A DNA stretch of 64,000 nt from Eutreptiella sp. 'Long Island Sound 2002' (Eukaryota; Protista; Euglenida), in assembly GCA_964036045.1 (NCBI GenBank), contig OZ038379.1, positions 8,742,001 to 8,806,000 on the forward strand, given 5' to 3'. This document shows positions 29,761 to 41,149 of the stretch, in pieces. A program made the translations under genes and the position numbers. How positions within the stretch are numbered: position 1 is the stretch's first letter; every line of letters begins with the position of its first letter. Below the pieces are notes generated by a model, which did not search any database, was not told where the DNA came from, and saw nothing but the letters and a program-made list of their open reading frames with translations.

Positions 29761-32700
29761 TTTGTTGTGTGCAACTGCAAAACGGAATCAGCAATCCTGT
29801 TCTGATGCGGGCGATTTCCTGTCCACCCACTCCCTTATGCACACGTTGACTGGCGGATTGCGGAGCTCCCGAAGCATGGGGGAGGCGGTTCAGTTCAGGT
29901 GCAGACCCCAACCCCAACAGGGGGGGGGGGGTCTCCAAAACTTTCGGGTTTTGGATGCACTTCTGAATTCCCTTTTTCACTCTGAGCATTTTGAATATAC
30001 TCCATTGGGGCTAAATCTCCTTTTACCAATCACCATGAAATGGTAGGGCATTCCGGCAGATGCACAACTGAACCATCAAAGGCACCTGGCGAGCCGTGTA
30101 AGACACATCGCACTTGAACATGACCCATTGTTTCTATTCCACTGTTTGGAACCCAGTTCTAGGTGTTCTAGGCGCATGAAATGAAGGGAAATGGCTGTGT
30201 AACTGCCGCATTGGGGAAAACCAAAATATCTGTGCGGCCCCGGGGGAATGTTTGCCTGGCGCGCTACCTTTCAATTAACTATCCCGACTTCAGCCCCCGA
30301 GATTTACCCTCTGATGGAGAAGGCCCCCCAAATAGACCATGATGGACTGCGCACCTTCCCTACAAAGCACGTTGCATAATTAGACAATAGCTGTGAATTC
30401 AACAACTCCAAATGTCATTTGTATGGTACTTAACAGACGGTGCTTCACCTTTACCTTTCCCATAGATTTCGCTGTGGTAATGAGTCCCCAAGCCGCAAGC
30501 GGTTTGGACGGCGTTCCTGCCTCACGTCACAAGAACGAAGCGCAAACTCAGTATTCGCTATATCACCCCTGCCTTCTCGGGGTCCCCATGGTGGGGAGAA
30601 ATCAATATGGCTCAATCATGGTCGGTCACAGATACTGGATGCCCCCGCCCAGGCAATTCCAGCCAATGTTCCAGGTGTTGTCCACAATCAACTGCTATGC
30701 TACATCCAGTCGTTAAGACACAGCCTGATATGTACACGAGCATCCGACATGCCGCTTCCTGGAAGCGGGTGCACACTGGGAGCAGGCGGCAGCTGCCAAG
30801 CCTGATAGCATAACATATAACCTTCGTGTGCCAGCGCCAAACACATAGGGCACCTGTCGTGTCAGAACAAATAGGGCATCACAATGAACAAAACCAAGTA
30901 TGGTGCCCAGCGTCACAACGACCCAAAAGCAAAGTGCCCTAGGAAAAGCCCCGTTCACTGCATGAGGTCGAGGGGCTCCGATTCCCGTCCCCGTTGTATG
31001 CGGTGTCAGGCGCCGGTGGGGGGGTTTGGGTCTCTGTGGATCCGTGCTCGCTGCAGGACGTTGAAGGGCTGCGCCTCCCCCCCCTTGTATGCGTGATCCT
31101 GTCACAAAATGGGGTTGTGGGGGTCCCCGGCCCTTCCGAGTGATTGGTGACTGTGGGAACACTCGACAGGTGGCTGTGCGTAGACTCCTCGCTCCTCGGG
31201 CTGTCTGGCATCTCAACTAAACCCAATTGCAGCCACACATCACTCTCATGCCCCTGATCCGAAGGGACATCCGGGGTTTCCTCTCTTGGTCCTGGTGAAG
31301 CAATACACTGCTCAAAATTCAGTACGATTGGGCGCGGGGGGGACACACCCCGGGGGGGGAGAAATCAATATGGCTACATTACCCCTGCTTTCTTGGGGTC
31401 CCCATGGTGGGGAGAAATCAACCTAGTAAGGAGTGGATGTGGTGGAAACGAGCAAAAAATGGAAGAAAATTGGTGAAACTGGGTGAGAACCCAAACATAC
31501 CATATCCCGAATGTGAAAGAAGCATCAAAATACCCGTTGTCAAATAATGCCCATAGTATCACAAAGTATGGGGTTCTAGGACGGCTAGACGTCCAAATAG
31601 TTGTAGTGCACCCCCTAAAAGGTCACCGGTGGGGCACGGGTCAAAAAAGATGCCCGGCGCGCGCCCGGCTAACGCTCGCCCCCCCGCTGCCATCTTTGGG
31701 ATAAGTGAAATGGCTACATAACTCATGCACTTCCATTACTAATCAAACCCTTGTTCAAATCTGAGCATTTGGGGGATAAACACAATGGGGAGAATTCTGT
31801 ACCCCAGCCCACAGAGGCCGAAAAAACTGTCCAGGCACCATTGGTGCCCAAATTGGTTGTTCATTGTTCACCGTTGGGGGGATCAATGGTCGGTAATGAT
31901 TGACTGAATGTCCCCGCCATAGACACGTTAGTCCGATCAGTGCAACGGGTTTCAGCAATGTGTCCCCTTCTTGGTTGGGGTGCTCCACTAGTATGTACAC
32001 TCAAACATGTACATGTTGCTGCTGTTCACCATTGGGGTGCGCATGGGGGTCCGCAGGTGGGGCGCTGGGGTCGGCCCGAAACGTAGGCGCCCCTTGTGTC
32101 CCGAAGGGTAGTGGCCTTGCATCTTTCTCAGCTTGCATATCTCTTGGGAACAGGGGAATCCGGCCAATGTGGAGCCTGTTTCATGGTCTGGGGCACTGTT
32201 GTCTTGTTGTTGCCCACTGCATCACACAGAGGGGGGGGGGGGGGTATTGGAAAGCCCATGGAAGGGGCTATTGACAACACTCCGGGTCTGCATGCTGAAC
32301 TGGTCGCTTTTTGAAGGTTGGGTATTTGCTTGGTGTCCCTCATGTTGATGTACAGATTCACTCTAGATTGGCATATGATGGCCGTCCCCAAGATCTGCGT
32401 ACTGGCATCTCCTGCATCTCCTTCCTCTGTCCCCTCAATCCATTGTGCGCATTGGAATGGAACATCTGCCTTGTGAAATGACCATAGAAGAGAGTACTCC
32501 TCAGATGCCATCTGATGCTCTCGTCGTTGTGTGCCCAACTCCAAGCTGAGAAGGGCTTTCATCCGTGCAAAATGGTGCCACGAATTGATAGGCTTTGAGC
32601 ACCGTCTGTGAGGGTTTCACCGGGATGTGTGGGGACCTTGTGGTTGCTCCAATAGATGTACCCATTGAACCCGTACCGAGGGCAGTGAAAAACCACGTCT

Positions 32701-35196
32701 AGAGAGTGCTCATGTCTGCCAGATATGTCTATTGGTTGTTTTCTTTCGTGCAAACACACCGGTATTGCAAACTCTCACCGCTAAACATGTAAGAACACCC
32801 CCCAAAAAAAAATTAAGAGCACAAGTAATACCTCACCAATGCATCTCCAAAAGCCTAGTAGCTGCGAAATTCGCGGCTATGCGCCTTCAAAAAGCCTGAA
32901 AAGGACGCTTTGTGCGCGCAGGACAACAATGCCAATCACTCCCTGATGCGCCCAGCTCTGCCCATAACTTTCTGGACCGCATCTTGTCCAATTTGTTGGT
33001 TCATGAGGTATCTTATGCTCGTGCAGCAACCATCATTAATGACAAGGAAGACTGCTGTTTTCCTCTCATTGTCTGAAACAGCCCCAATATAGAATGCATA
33101 TATAGATAAGATAAGAATATAGAATATAAAAATATGAAAATATGATATGATATGATAATATATAATATAAGGTAATATAGAATGCAGAATATATAGTATA
33201 GAATGACAGAAGATGCCAAGCCATCTCCTCCATTGCCTCCCGAATTCATATCCGTACTTTTCTGAAATTCATGTTTCCCCACCGCATGCAATTCCTCTCC
33301 GCCCCCTCTCCCGATGCCGTTGGCAACCATGGGGAAGGAGTAAATCATGATTCACAGCTGCAACAAGTTGGTAGACTTTGGGATGCTACGTACACATCGG
33401 TTCCCGGGCGAGACATAGTCAAGTTGAGGAATCCAGGTCAAGTCATGTACGACACATCCTTCATCAAAGGACACAATTGGTGAGTGTTATCATGGTGCTG
33501 AGCGACAGCTGACGGCATCGACTCACTGTCTGCGCACTAACCATGGGAAGGAGCCTCTTGGGGTTGGGGGGGGCGGGGTCCGCAGGCACCAACATCAGTC
33601 CCACTTCCACGGATGAGCTGCGGTCCCCAACTTGGAGGTTGTCAGGCGTTTCCAAGGACGTGGCATCATGGATTTGAGGCAAGGGGCGGAGGCCTTGAGG
33701 GACTACTTGAGGAGGATCAATGTGCTGTGCAATGCCCGAGGGTGTTGCCCCAGGGACCGACTGTGAGGAATCCGGTTGGATTTCAGGGCTGCTTAAGCAG
33801 AGCGGTACTCAATGGATCCTGCACTTTATGACTAAAGGGGGCCAAATGTCTGATCCCGGTCGGGGACTCCCCTTTTCACGACGGGATACAACACAACATA
33901 AATTCCCAGCGACATTTCCATCACCACAAGCCATAAAATGCATAACACCATTAGTCTCGCTTACAATATTGATGTGCACCACCTGTGATTGAACATGTTG
34001 GGAGGCGTTGGACCCCAAGTTTGAAGGTAATAAGCACCATGGAGGAAATTTCGGGGTCCAGCGGTGGGTGGCGGGGGGGGGGGAGGTCAGGGGGTCCAGC
34101 CAGGGGTGCGGCCAGGGCACCCAGATTCCCAACCAAAATCTGAAATTGCCGAAAGTCGGGTCCGAGAACTTGGGGGGGGGGGGCTTGGGTGCGGGTTCTG
34201 TGCGGGTTCTGAACCAGAGCCAGGCGTGTTGCCTTCACTGTTCGTAGACATGGGATCCCTCCCCCTCCATGTCTCCTACCACCATCTCATCAACACTCAC
34301 AGCAACCAACCCCTGAATCCCAATGGCACATATCTACGCCCAGCAAGTCGCAAGTGCATGCGTTCTGATTGTCATGGGCCGGCTCGACTGGGGCAAACAT
34401 CTGCAGCCCCTTGTGAAATTGATGGCCCCCCTTTGACGTGGATACCCCCCTGTGAAGTTGATAGGTTGATAGGCCCCTGTGAAGGCCCCTGTGAAGTGGA
34501 TAGACCCCTTAGGATTGCTGCGCAGCGACTGAGAGACTCGGAAAGCAGAAGAGATCGATTGAGGGACTCAGCATGCAAAAGCACAAAAAAGAGAGATTCA
34601 TGCGGGTTGTGATGTATCACTTGTATGGGAGCATGCATGTCGACCCACCCCCTCCCTGTCAACTCTGTCAAGTGGATAGCCCCCCACTATGGAGTTGATA
34701 GGCCCCAGTTTGACCCCCTGCCCCCCCTTTTGTTGTTTGTAGGCCCCCCGTTGATGTTGATGCTGCTCCCCCTTTGACGTTGATAAGCCCCCCCCCATGA
34801 AGTTGATAGCCCCCCCCCATGAAGTTGATAGGCCCCGCCCCCCTAAGACACGTGCAGGCCCCTGCTACCGCTGCAGCCTCCCACTACACCTGCGGCTTCC
34901 AGCTACCCCTGCAGCCGGCTGCACGCACTTGCTACTTGTTGTGCTGAAACTGCGGTCGTGAAGTCCGTGAAACACGGAGTTTGTGCTTCTGATCGTAAGA
35001 TATGACAGCATCAGCTTCTCCGTGCTTTCGTTGCTTCTCATCCTGAACCCCTTCCACTGTGTCCGCCTTTGTGGACGTCGAAGGGGCACATCTGTGGGAC
35101 GGATCCGGGGGCTGTGCAGTCTGCGGGTCATGCTCACCTACCCCCCCCCCAACCCCCCTCTCCCTCCCCCTCCGCGGCTGCAGCCTCCCCATTCCC

Positions 35197-37296
35197 TCAC
35201 CGAAGCAGATCCGCCGGGCTCCCCTCCCGGTGCACCACCAGGGCGTAGTTCCGCGCGCGCTGGTGCCCGCCGGACCACCCCCCGAGGTCGAGGTCCAGCG
35301 CGTTGATGCGCTGCACATACGCGTCCCTGAGCTCCGGGTCTTCGATCTTGGCCGCCATGTCGCGGGCGTAGGAGAGCTGCCGCCGCAGCGTCTTGACCGT
35401 CAAGGGCACCGCGAAGTGCTTGGCGGCCACGACGCGGAACTCGGGGCGCCGGGCGATCTGGTGCCGCACCCACCGCTCCGGCAGCTCGCGGTACGTCGAC
35501 TCGCCGGCGAGCGCCGCGGCGGTGTCGCCGACCGCCTCGACGTCGAGCACGAGCCGGTCGCGCGAGCCCGCGGCGCGGTCGAGGACGAGCTCGTACGGCT
35601 CCAGCCCCACGACCAGCAGGTGCCCCCCCGGGCGCACGGCGCGGAGCAGGCGGTCCATCATCTCGTCCGCCCCGTACGCCCAGTGCTGCTCGACGGCGCC
35701 GAGGAGGTAGTCGGCGACCACGACGTCGAAGCGCCGCGCGCGCAGGAAGGGCTCGTCGCGCCAGTTGCCGAGCGCGACCTCGACGTCCGGGACCGCGGCG
35801 ACGGCCTGCCGCAGGGCCGCGGCGCCGTAGGTCCCGTCCGCGCTCGCCGTGACCCCAGTGACCGTGCGGTACGCCTGACGCAGCAGCCAGCACATCGAGC
35901 TGAACCCCGCGCCGGCGTCGAGCACGTCGCCCCACGACTCGAGCCCCTCGTTCGCGACCGCCGTGGCGAGCCACGCATAGATCCCGTCCGTCTTGTGCTT
36001 CCGGCACTTGGCAGGCACCGCCCGCCCGCCGTCGTGCCGCCGCGACTGCTCGGCGTCTGCTGAGGCAGGGGCGGGACCAGAAGGGGCGTCGGGAGGGGGA
36101 TGCGCCCCTGCGGGGGGGAGGCGAAGCGCCATCGCCGCCATGTCCAGCGTGTGGTGCGTCAGCCGGAGGTCCCCCGAGGAGACGTACGGGAGGCGGGTCC
36201 AGCGCACGAGCTCCAGCCGCGGGTGGCGGCGGAGGATCGCCTCCAGGAACACCGCCGCGCTCGGCTCGAACGCCGGCGCGGCGTCCCCCTCCGCCGCCGG
36301 GTGGAGCGCCAGCGGCGCGCGCGGCTTCCGCGTCGCGGGCCGGCCGTACGGCGTCCCCACACGGCCCTCGTACACCGAGGCCCGGAACGGCAGCACGGCG
36401 GCCAGCAGCAGCAGCCCGCCCGGCGCGACCCGGCGCACGGCCGCGTCGAGGAGCGCCGCCGGCTCGTCGCACCGGTCGAGCACGTTCAGCAGCGCAGCGG
36501 CGGAGAAGAGGGCGGTGTCGCTCAGCTCGGCCGGGGAGCCAACCGCCCGAAACCCCCTCGCGAGCAGCTGCCTCTGCAGCGGGCGCGCGTTCTCGAGGCA
36601 GGTCACGTGCTCGGCGTCCACGCCCAGCGCGGCCGCCAGCTTCGCGGTCTCCGTGCCCGTCCCGGAGCCCACGTCGAGGAGCGTCCGCGGCGCACCGGAC
36701 GCTGGGCCCGCCACGTCCCTCACGAGCGTGTGCAGCTGCGCCTCCGACGCGGCGTAGAGCGTCGCCAGGCGCACGAAGCCCGAGGCTTCCGGGCGACTCC
36801 AGCCCAGGAGCCGCTGCAGGGCCCAGAACAGCTGCGTCTTGGCGTACAGCGCGACCTGCCCCGGCCGGCCCGCCGTCGCCGCCGCCGACTCGTTGAGGAA
36901 GCGCGCCAGCCCGGCGTCCGCCGCGGAGGGCGCGAACGTGGCGGCGAGCCGGTCCGCCGCCGCGTGCACCGCCTCGGCGGCGCTCGCGCGGCGCGCGCGC
37001 GAGCCGCGGAGCCAGTCGACGTCGACGGCGTACGCGCGGGCCGTGATGGGCGCGCCCCTCTGCGGTACCGGCGCGCTCGTGATCATCAATCCCGCCGCGA
37101 TCGCGATCAGCGCCACCAGGAGGGCGAGCAGCGTGCCCGGAAGGGCCGCGGGCGGACGGGCCTCGCTGCCCCGTGACCTTGGAGCCTCGCTGGCCGTGTC
37201 CGCACTAGCCCCAGGCGGCTGGGTCACGCTGCTCCCTGAACTTGGTTCCGTGCTGGCTGCCAATTGGCGCCTTCTTCTCAGCATTAGTCTCAACAT
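35197..37296 (-). CDS. METTL9: Intronless tandem methyltransferase: TM helix + METTL9/DREV-like histidine methyltransferase + second class I SAM methyltransferase
   Basis: 699-codon ORF from ATG 37296. LLDVGSGTG, LNVLDRCDEP..LL, AVLPF and WTRLPYVSSGD...LD match METTL9 LLDLGAGDG, LNLLDRCDQP, LVLPF and FTRLPYLCEGD...LD. Second domain: WGDVLDAGAG...GNWRD...FDVVVADYLLGA...LLVVGLEPY. Polypyrimidine tract + CAG at 37328-37326. Confidence 0.85.
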   Translation of the reverse strand: MLRLMLRRRRQLAASTEPSSGSSVTQPPGASADTASEAPRSRGSEARPPAALPGTLLALLVALIAIAAGLMITSAPVPQRGAPITARAYAVDVDWLRGSRARRASAAEAVHAAADRLAATFAPSAADAGLARFLNESAAATAGRPGQVALYAKTQLFWALQRLLGWSRPEASGFVRLATLYAASEAQLHTLVRDVAGPASGAPRTLLDVGSGTGTETAKLAAALGVDAEHVTCLENARPLQRQLLARGFRAVGSPAELSDTALFSAAALLNVLDRCDEPAALLDAAVRRVAPGGLLLLAAVLPFRASVYEGRVGTPYGRPATRKPRAPLALHPAAEGDAAPAFEPSAAVFLEAILRRHPRLELVRWTRLPYVSSGDLRLTHHTLDMAAMALRLPPAGAHPPPDAPSGPAPASADAEQSRRHDGGRAVPAKCRKHKTDGIYAWLATAVANEGLESWGDVLDAGAGFSSMCWLLRQAYRTVTGVTASADGTYGAAALRQAVAAVPDVEVALGNWRDEPFLRARRFDVVVADYLLGAVEQHWAYGADEMMDRLLRAVRPGGHLLVVGLEPYELVLDRAAGSRDRLVLDVEAVGDTAAALAGESTYRELPERWVRHQIARRPEFRVVAAKHFAVPLTVKTLRRQLSYARDMAAKIEDPELRDAYVQRINALDLDLGGWSGGHQRARNYALVVHREGSPADLLR

Positions 37297-37763
37297 TTAG
37301 TCTCTGGCCTGGGGGCTGGGGTTTGCTGCGGGAGGAAGGGCGTGAGGGGAGGAAGGCAAGGAGCTACCCTCAGGGACATAGGCATGGGCATTGGCGGGAC
37401 AGGGCACGGCAACCCTCCCAAAGCCCCCCCCCCCCCACCAGATGGCGATTATGATTACGATTAACCGGTCTGGCTGGACCAGTAGATTTATGAGAGGGCT
37501 GATGGCCAAAAAAAGCGCCAAAACAAACTACTAACCTGGATGCGGAACAGGGATATGCAATCTGCTTTCAGGTCCATAAACCACTGAGGCGCTGCACTAC
37601 TCTGCTCAATCCGTGCTCATGGGTGGCATAGAGTCTGATGATGACAACGATTACTATTGATTGCACAGCTGCACATTCATCGAAATCTGCTAATACACGT
37701 ACCTGTAAAGCGAAAAGAGCAACCATGATCGTCATTCTGTCATCACCGCCTCCCGGCTCAGCC

Positions 37764-37952
37764 ATCCCCCTGTGTGACATATAGCCCATCTGTGATTTTT
37801 TACGGGGCCCTGGACAGTTCCCGGTACAGTCTTCACCGCATGATCGGATTTCGCATGAGCAAACTGGCATATCATGCGGTGAAGAATAAACGGGTGACTG
37901 TCTAGGGCCCCGTAAAAAAACCACAGATGGACTATATGTCACACAAGGGGAT
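37764..37952. mobile_element. ~190-bp near-perfect foldback (hairpin) MITE
   Basis: atccccctgtgtgacatatagcccatctgtg..tttacggggccct.gacagt is mirrored by the right arm; the inner arms tcttcaccgcatgat/atcatgcggtgaaga also pair. Confidence 0.85.
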
Positions 37953-38133
37953 CACCCACGCGCGACATGGGCCTCCGTGCACACGGAGGGACAAAAAGCA
38001 CTATTGTATCAATAGCAACCAATGTACTACCGCCAAGGTAGCGGTGGGACTAGACATGGCTGCGGCGCTCGGCGTGGTGCCGGCGGCTATGGAGGACGGC
38101 CCATACAAAAAGCGGTACTACGCTCCCCTAGTA

Positions 38134-38859
38134 CCCCATCCGCCCCTTGTCGTTCCCCACCCCAGGGAAGACGGTCCCCCACCACCCCCTGGGGGACGGT
38201 CACCAAGTGACGGTCCCCCACCACCCCCTGGGGGACCACACCCCAACGTACACACACATTTGCAGGCAGAGAAATTGCAGCATAAAACGAAAGAATTCAG
38301 CATAAGATACGTTCAAAGGGCTGCCAATGTATGGAGACCTACTCCTTGACCGGCTCCGTGTAAAATTTCTTGGTCCTGCTCCACTTCACCTTGAACTCTT
38401 GCACATGCTCTCCACTTTCCACTGGAATGCTTTGGGCAGCATTCTTGGCTGGTGGTTTTGCCTTTTTGGTAGAAGGCTTGGCAGGCGCAAGCAGATTTTT
38501 GGGAACCCAGTTCCCTTCGGGAATGTCCCTTGTAAAATACAACTTGTTCCCAAAACTGTGTCCCATACCCCATACACCACGGGCACTCTTCACCCACACA
38601 ACCTCCGTGTCAGAATTCAGGTCACTATCATCATCCGTCACCTTTGTCCGGTCCCAGGGGGAAACATGGTTGTGCTATCAAGTTCCATTTCAGCGACAGT
38701 AAGCAAAATGTCCCGCCATGAGTGCAAGGGATACAAGTGGCAGTGTCCCACAACACAGTCACCCACACAACAACACACCGAGCCGCAACGAAAAATTTTG
38801 TGTTGACCAAGTGACGGTCCCCCACCCCCCCCTTGGGGAACGACAAGGGGTGGGGAGGG
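38134..38859. mobile_element. TA-flanked TIR element carrying a short ORF (38339-38641, minus)
   Basis: TA|ccccatccgccccttgtcgttcccca ... tggggaacgacaaggggtggggaggg|TA. Subterminal ccaagtgacggtc motifs near both ends. Confidence 0.75.
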
Positions 38860-39116
38860 TACGACCAGTGGGAAAGAGCTCCCGGGCCTTGCCATCTCCG
38901 GGTTGGCTGCCCCGCTCTAGTCTCTGTGTTCCTATGCCTGGCTGCGCTGTGCTGCTAGGCCCGGTCGAGCATAGGCACTCGCGCAAAAGCCCGCAGCGGT
39001 GTTGGGGATGGTTCCCGCCCGTGGCCGGCTGGGAGCCGGGCACCGCTGTGATCAGTAGAGTCGACCTGCCAGGGTCCTCCTGATAAGGCTGAGCACACCC
39101 TAGTAGTGAGTGCCTG

Positions 39117-39389
39117 CCAAGCCGCTGTCTTGACCCCACCATTTCCGTTTCTCCATGGCAGCGGGTTGTGGTGGTCAAGACATTAAGGATCCATACGGCA
39201 TTTGCTTAGCCCCCCCCCCCCCGACCGTGGTGTGGCACCCATGCTGCAGGCCCCCGGTGGTGGTAGCGGCAATCACCACAGTGGCGATCTTTTTTGAACG
39301 TCCGCCAAGCTGCTGTCTTGACCCACCATTTCTGTTTCTCCATGGCGGCGGGTTGTGGTGGTCAAGACACTAAGGATCCATACAGCATT
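39117..39389. repeat. Two ~85-bp direct repeats, each an internal hairpin
   Basis: 39117-39201 and 39305-39389; stem tgtcttgacc(c)cacc / ggtggtcaagaca. Confidence 0.85.
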
Positions 39390-39958
39390 AACCTTCGCTC
39401 ACCCCCCCCCCACCCCCTTGCCAAAGTCGTCACTATTATATACACCCCTGGTATATGGGCATGCTTGGGGGGTGGAAGGTGGGGGGTTCTATTCTGTCCA
39501 CGAACCAGGTTTGCAAGTTTTTGAACAGGATGGGGAAATATTGTCCTCGAGGGAGGGGTATGAAATCACCTGGTAGAGGCTATTATATCAAAGTCACGCA
39601 CGCCTACATGCATGGGAAAACGCCACATACAACCACTTTTGGTTCCCTTTGTGTACCCTTCCCCGAGGTGTTGAATTGTCGGTTTAAACCTTTAAAAAAT
39701 CATTACTTCATTGAATAATAGTATCCCCCAAGACCCCCTAGACCCCCCGAAACCCGAAACCTGAAAAGAGGGGATGGGGGGGGGGGGTTCAAAAACTTTG
39801 AGAAAACGCCCCGCCCCCCCCCCCCTCTTTTTGGTTGAAAACCATGAACCTTTTGTTCTGCCTGCCCCACCCCTCCCCCTGGACAAAGCAATCAGGACAG
39901 ATGCACTATTCCACGGACAGCACCCTGCAGCCCCGTCTCCATCGTCATGGCTCCGCAG

Positions 39959-41149
39959 TCACTTCCTTCGGCCTTTACACCCGTGCTTCTCCCTGTCAAA
40001 CCACCAATGGTGGCCACCACACTCCGGGCATGCCGTTTTTGGAGGGTTTTCGCAATTAACCCAGTCTCCTGTTTTCTTGCTGCGGAAGTGGCGCTTTCCG
40101 TCTATCCACTTGAACTCCGGCTGACTCGTGCTCCCCTGCGTGCCACCTCTGCTTTTGCGCTTTGAGTGGCGCCCCGATGAGCTGGAGCTTGCCAAGGATG
40201 ATGTATCGGACGCAATGTCGCTGCTACTGTCCGTGGACGACGAATCCGAGTCGGAGGACCTGCGCCTCCCTTTTCCCCTCCGAGATGATCGGCGCTCCTT
40301 CATCTCCTTCTTTTTCTCCTTTCGCCTCTGTTTTTTGGCCTTCTTCTTGTTCCTCTTTTTGACCTCCTTTATTTTTGCCTTGACCGCGTCCTTACCCGAC
40401 TTGTCGCAATCAAGGAGCAATTGCCAGACATCGTCAATGATCGTGGACACCTCTGTCGCAGTCTCAGACTCCTCGGCCTCCATTAACCTCTCAACCAGGC
40501 GGCACAGTTTGACCGTCCACCGCGGGGCCCCGGGCCTCTTTCTCATCCACCTGGCATTTTTGAAGCTGGGCTCCTTGTACGTCAGTTCGTCCTCCTCGTC
40601 CTCCTCAGCCGCGGCCGGCCCCCCACCTCCTTCGCGCTCACCGGCTCCGGCGTCCGCCTCCTCGTCCAGAGCCATACCACTGTTGGTCTCGGGCTTTGCG
40701 TTCTTCCCCTGAGAGTGTCTCTCACCCTTGATCCCCACTCCTCTTCTCCTGCTCGCCGATTTTCCAGGCGGCTTGGCGATTAAGTCGCAGACAGCGAACC
40801 CGACGGCCGCCTCTTCCGCAGACAGGCTGAACGCAGTCACCTCTACTCCCCAGGCAAGTGTCAGCCCATACAGCAGCGCGTCGACGTACCGCTGCGGATC
40901 AGGGGATTGAAACGAGATCCCCGGCGTCTCATGGAAGGTCCTGGCCAGCTTCACCGCACTCTAGCTGACTCCGTCCCGAGACCATCCTGTCACGCCCGCC
41001 ACCAGCACCTCTGTACGATGCTGAAGCGGGATCATACGGGCCATCCAGGGCGTCTGAATCAGGTGGGCCCATGCTGTTGACTTCGCCGCGGGGTCCTCGT
41101 CTTTTAGACGTCTCCAGTCCCAAGCCCCATCATTTTTGGCCGAGCCCAT
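39959..41149 (-). pseudogene. Retroelement gag/ORF1-like reading frame with one in-frame stop
   Basis: ORFs 40961-41149 and 39959-40954 are in one frame separated by TAG. Intronless; Lys/Arg-rich and Ser-rich linker; C-terminal CPECGGHH zinc-knuckle-like motif. No pol downstream. Confidence 0.5.

Noticed and set aside
30939-31346. 135-aa Ser/Pro/Thr-rich minus ORF with repeated RSPSTSCSE
   Set aside because: Low complexity, flanked by interspersed repeats and no splice partners identified.
32330-33990. Possible decayed coding or LINE sequence (32128-32759 minus; 33271-33990 plus)
   Set aside because: Frames look protein-like but are interrupted and lack diagnostic motifs.
35059-37176. Long overlapping ORFs (334, 444, 358 aa etc.) around the methyltransferase
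   Set aside because: Shadow frames of a very GC-rich coding region, Arg/Gly/Ala-rich with no motifs.
35197-37296. High GC and lack of introns as evidence of horizontal transfer or retroposition
   Set aside because: Host exons at 55692-56383 and 61834-62330 are similarly GC-rich and another exon exceeds 2 kb, so composition alone is uninformative.
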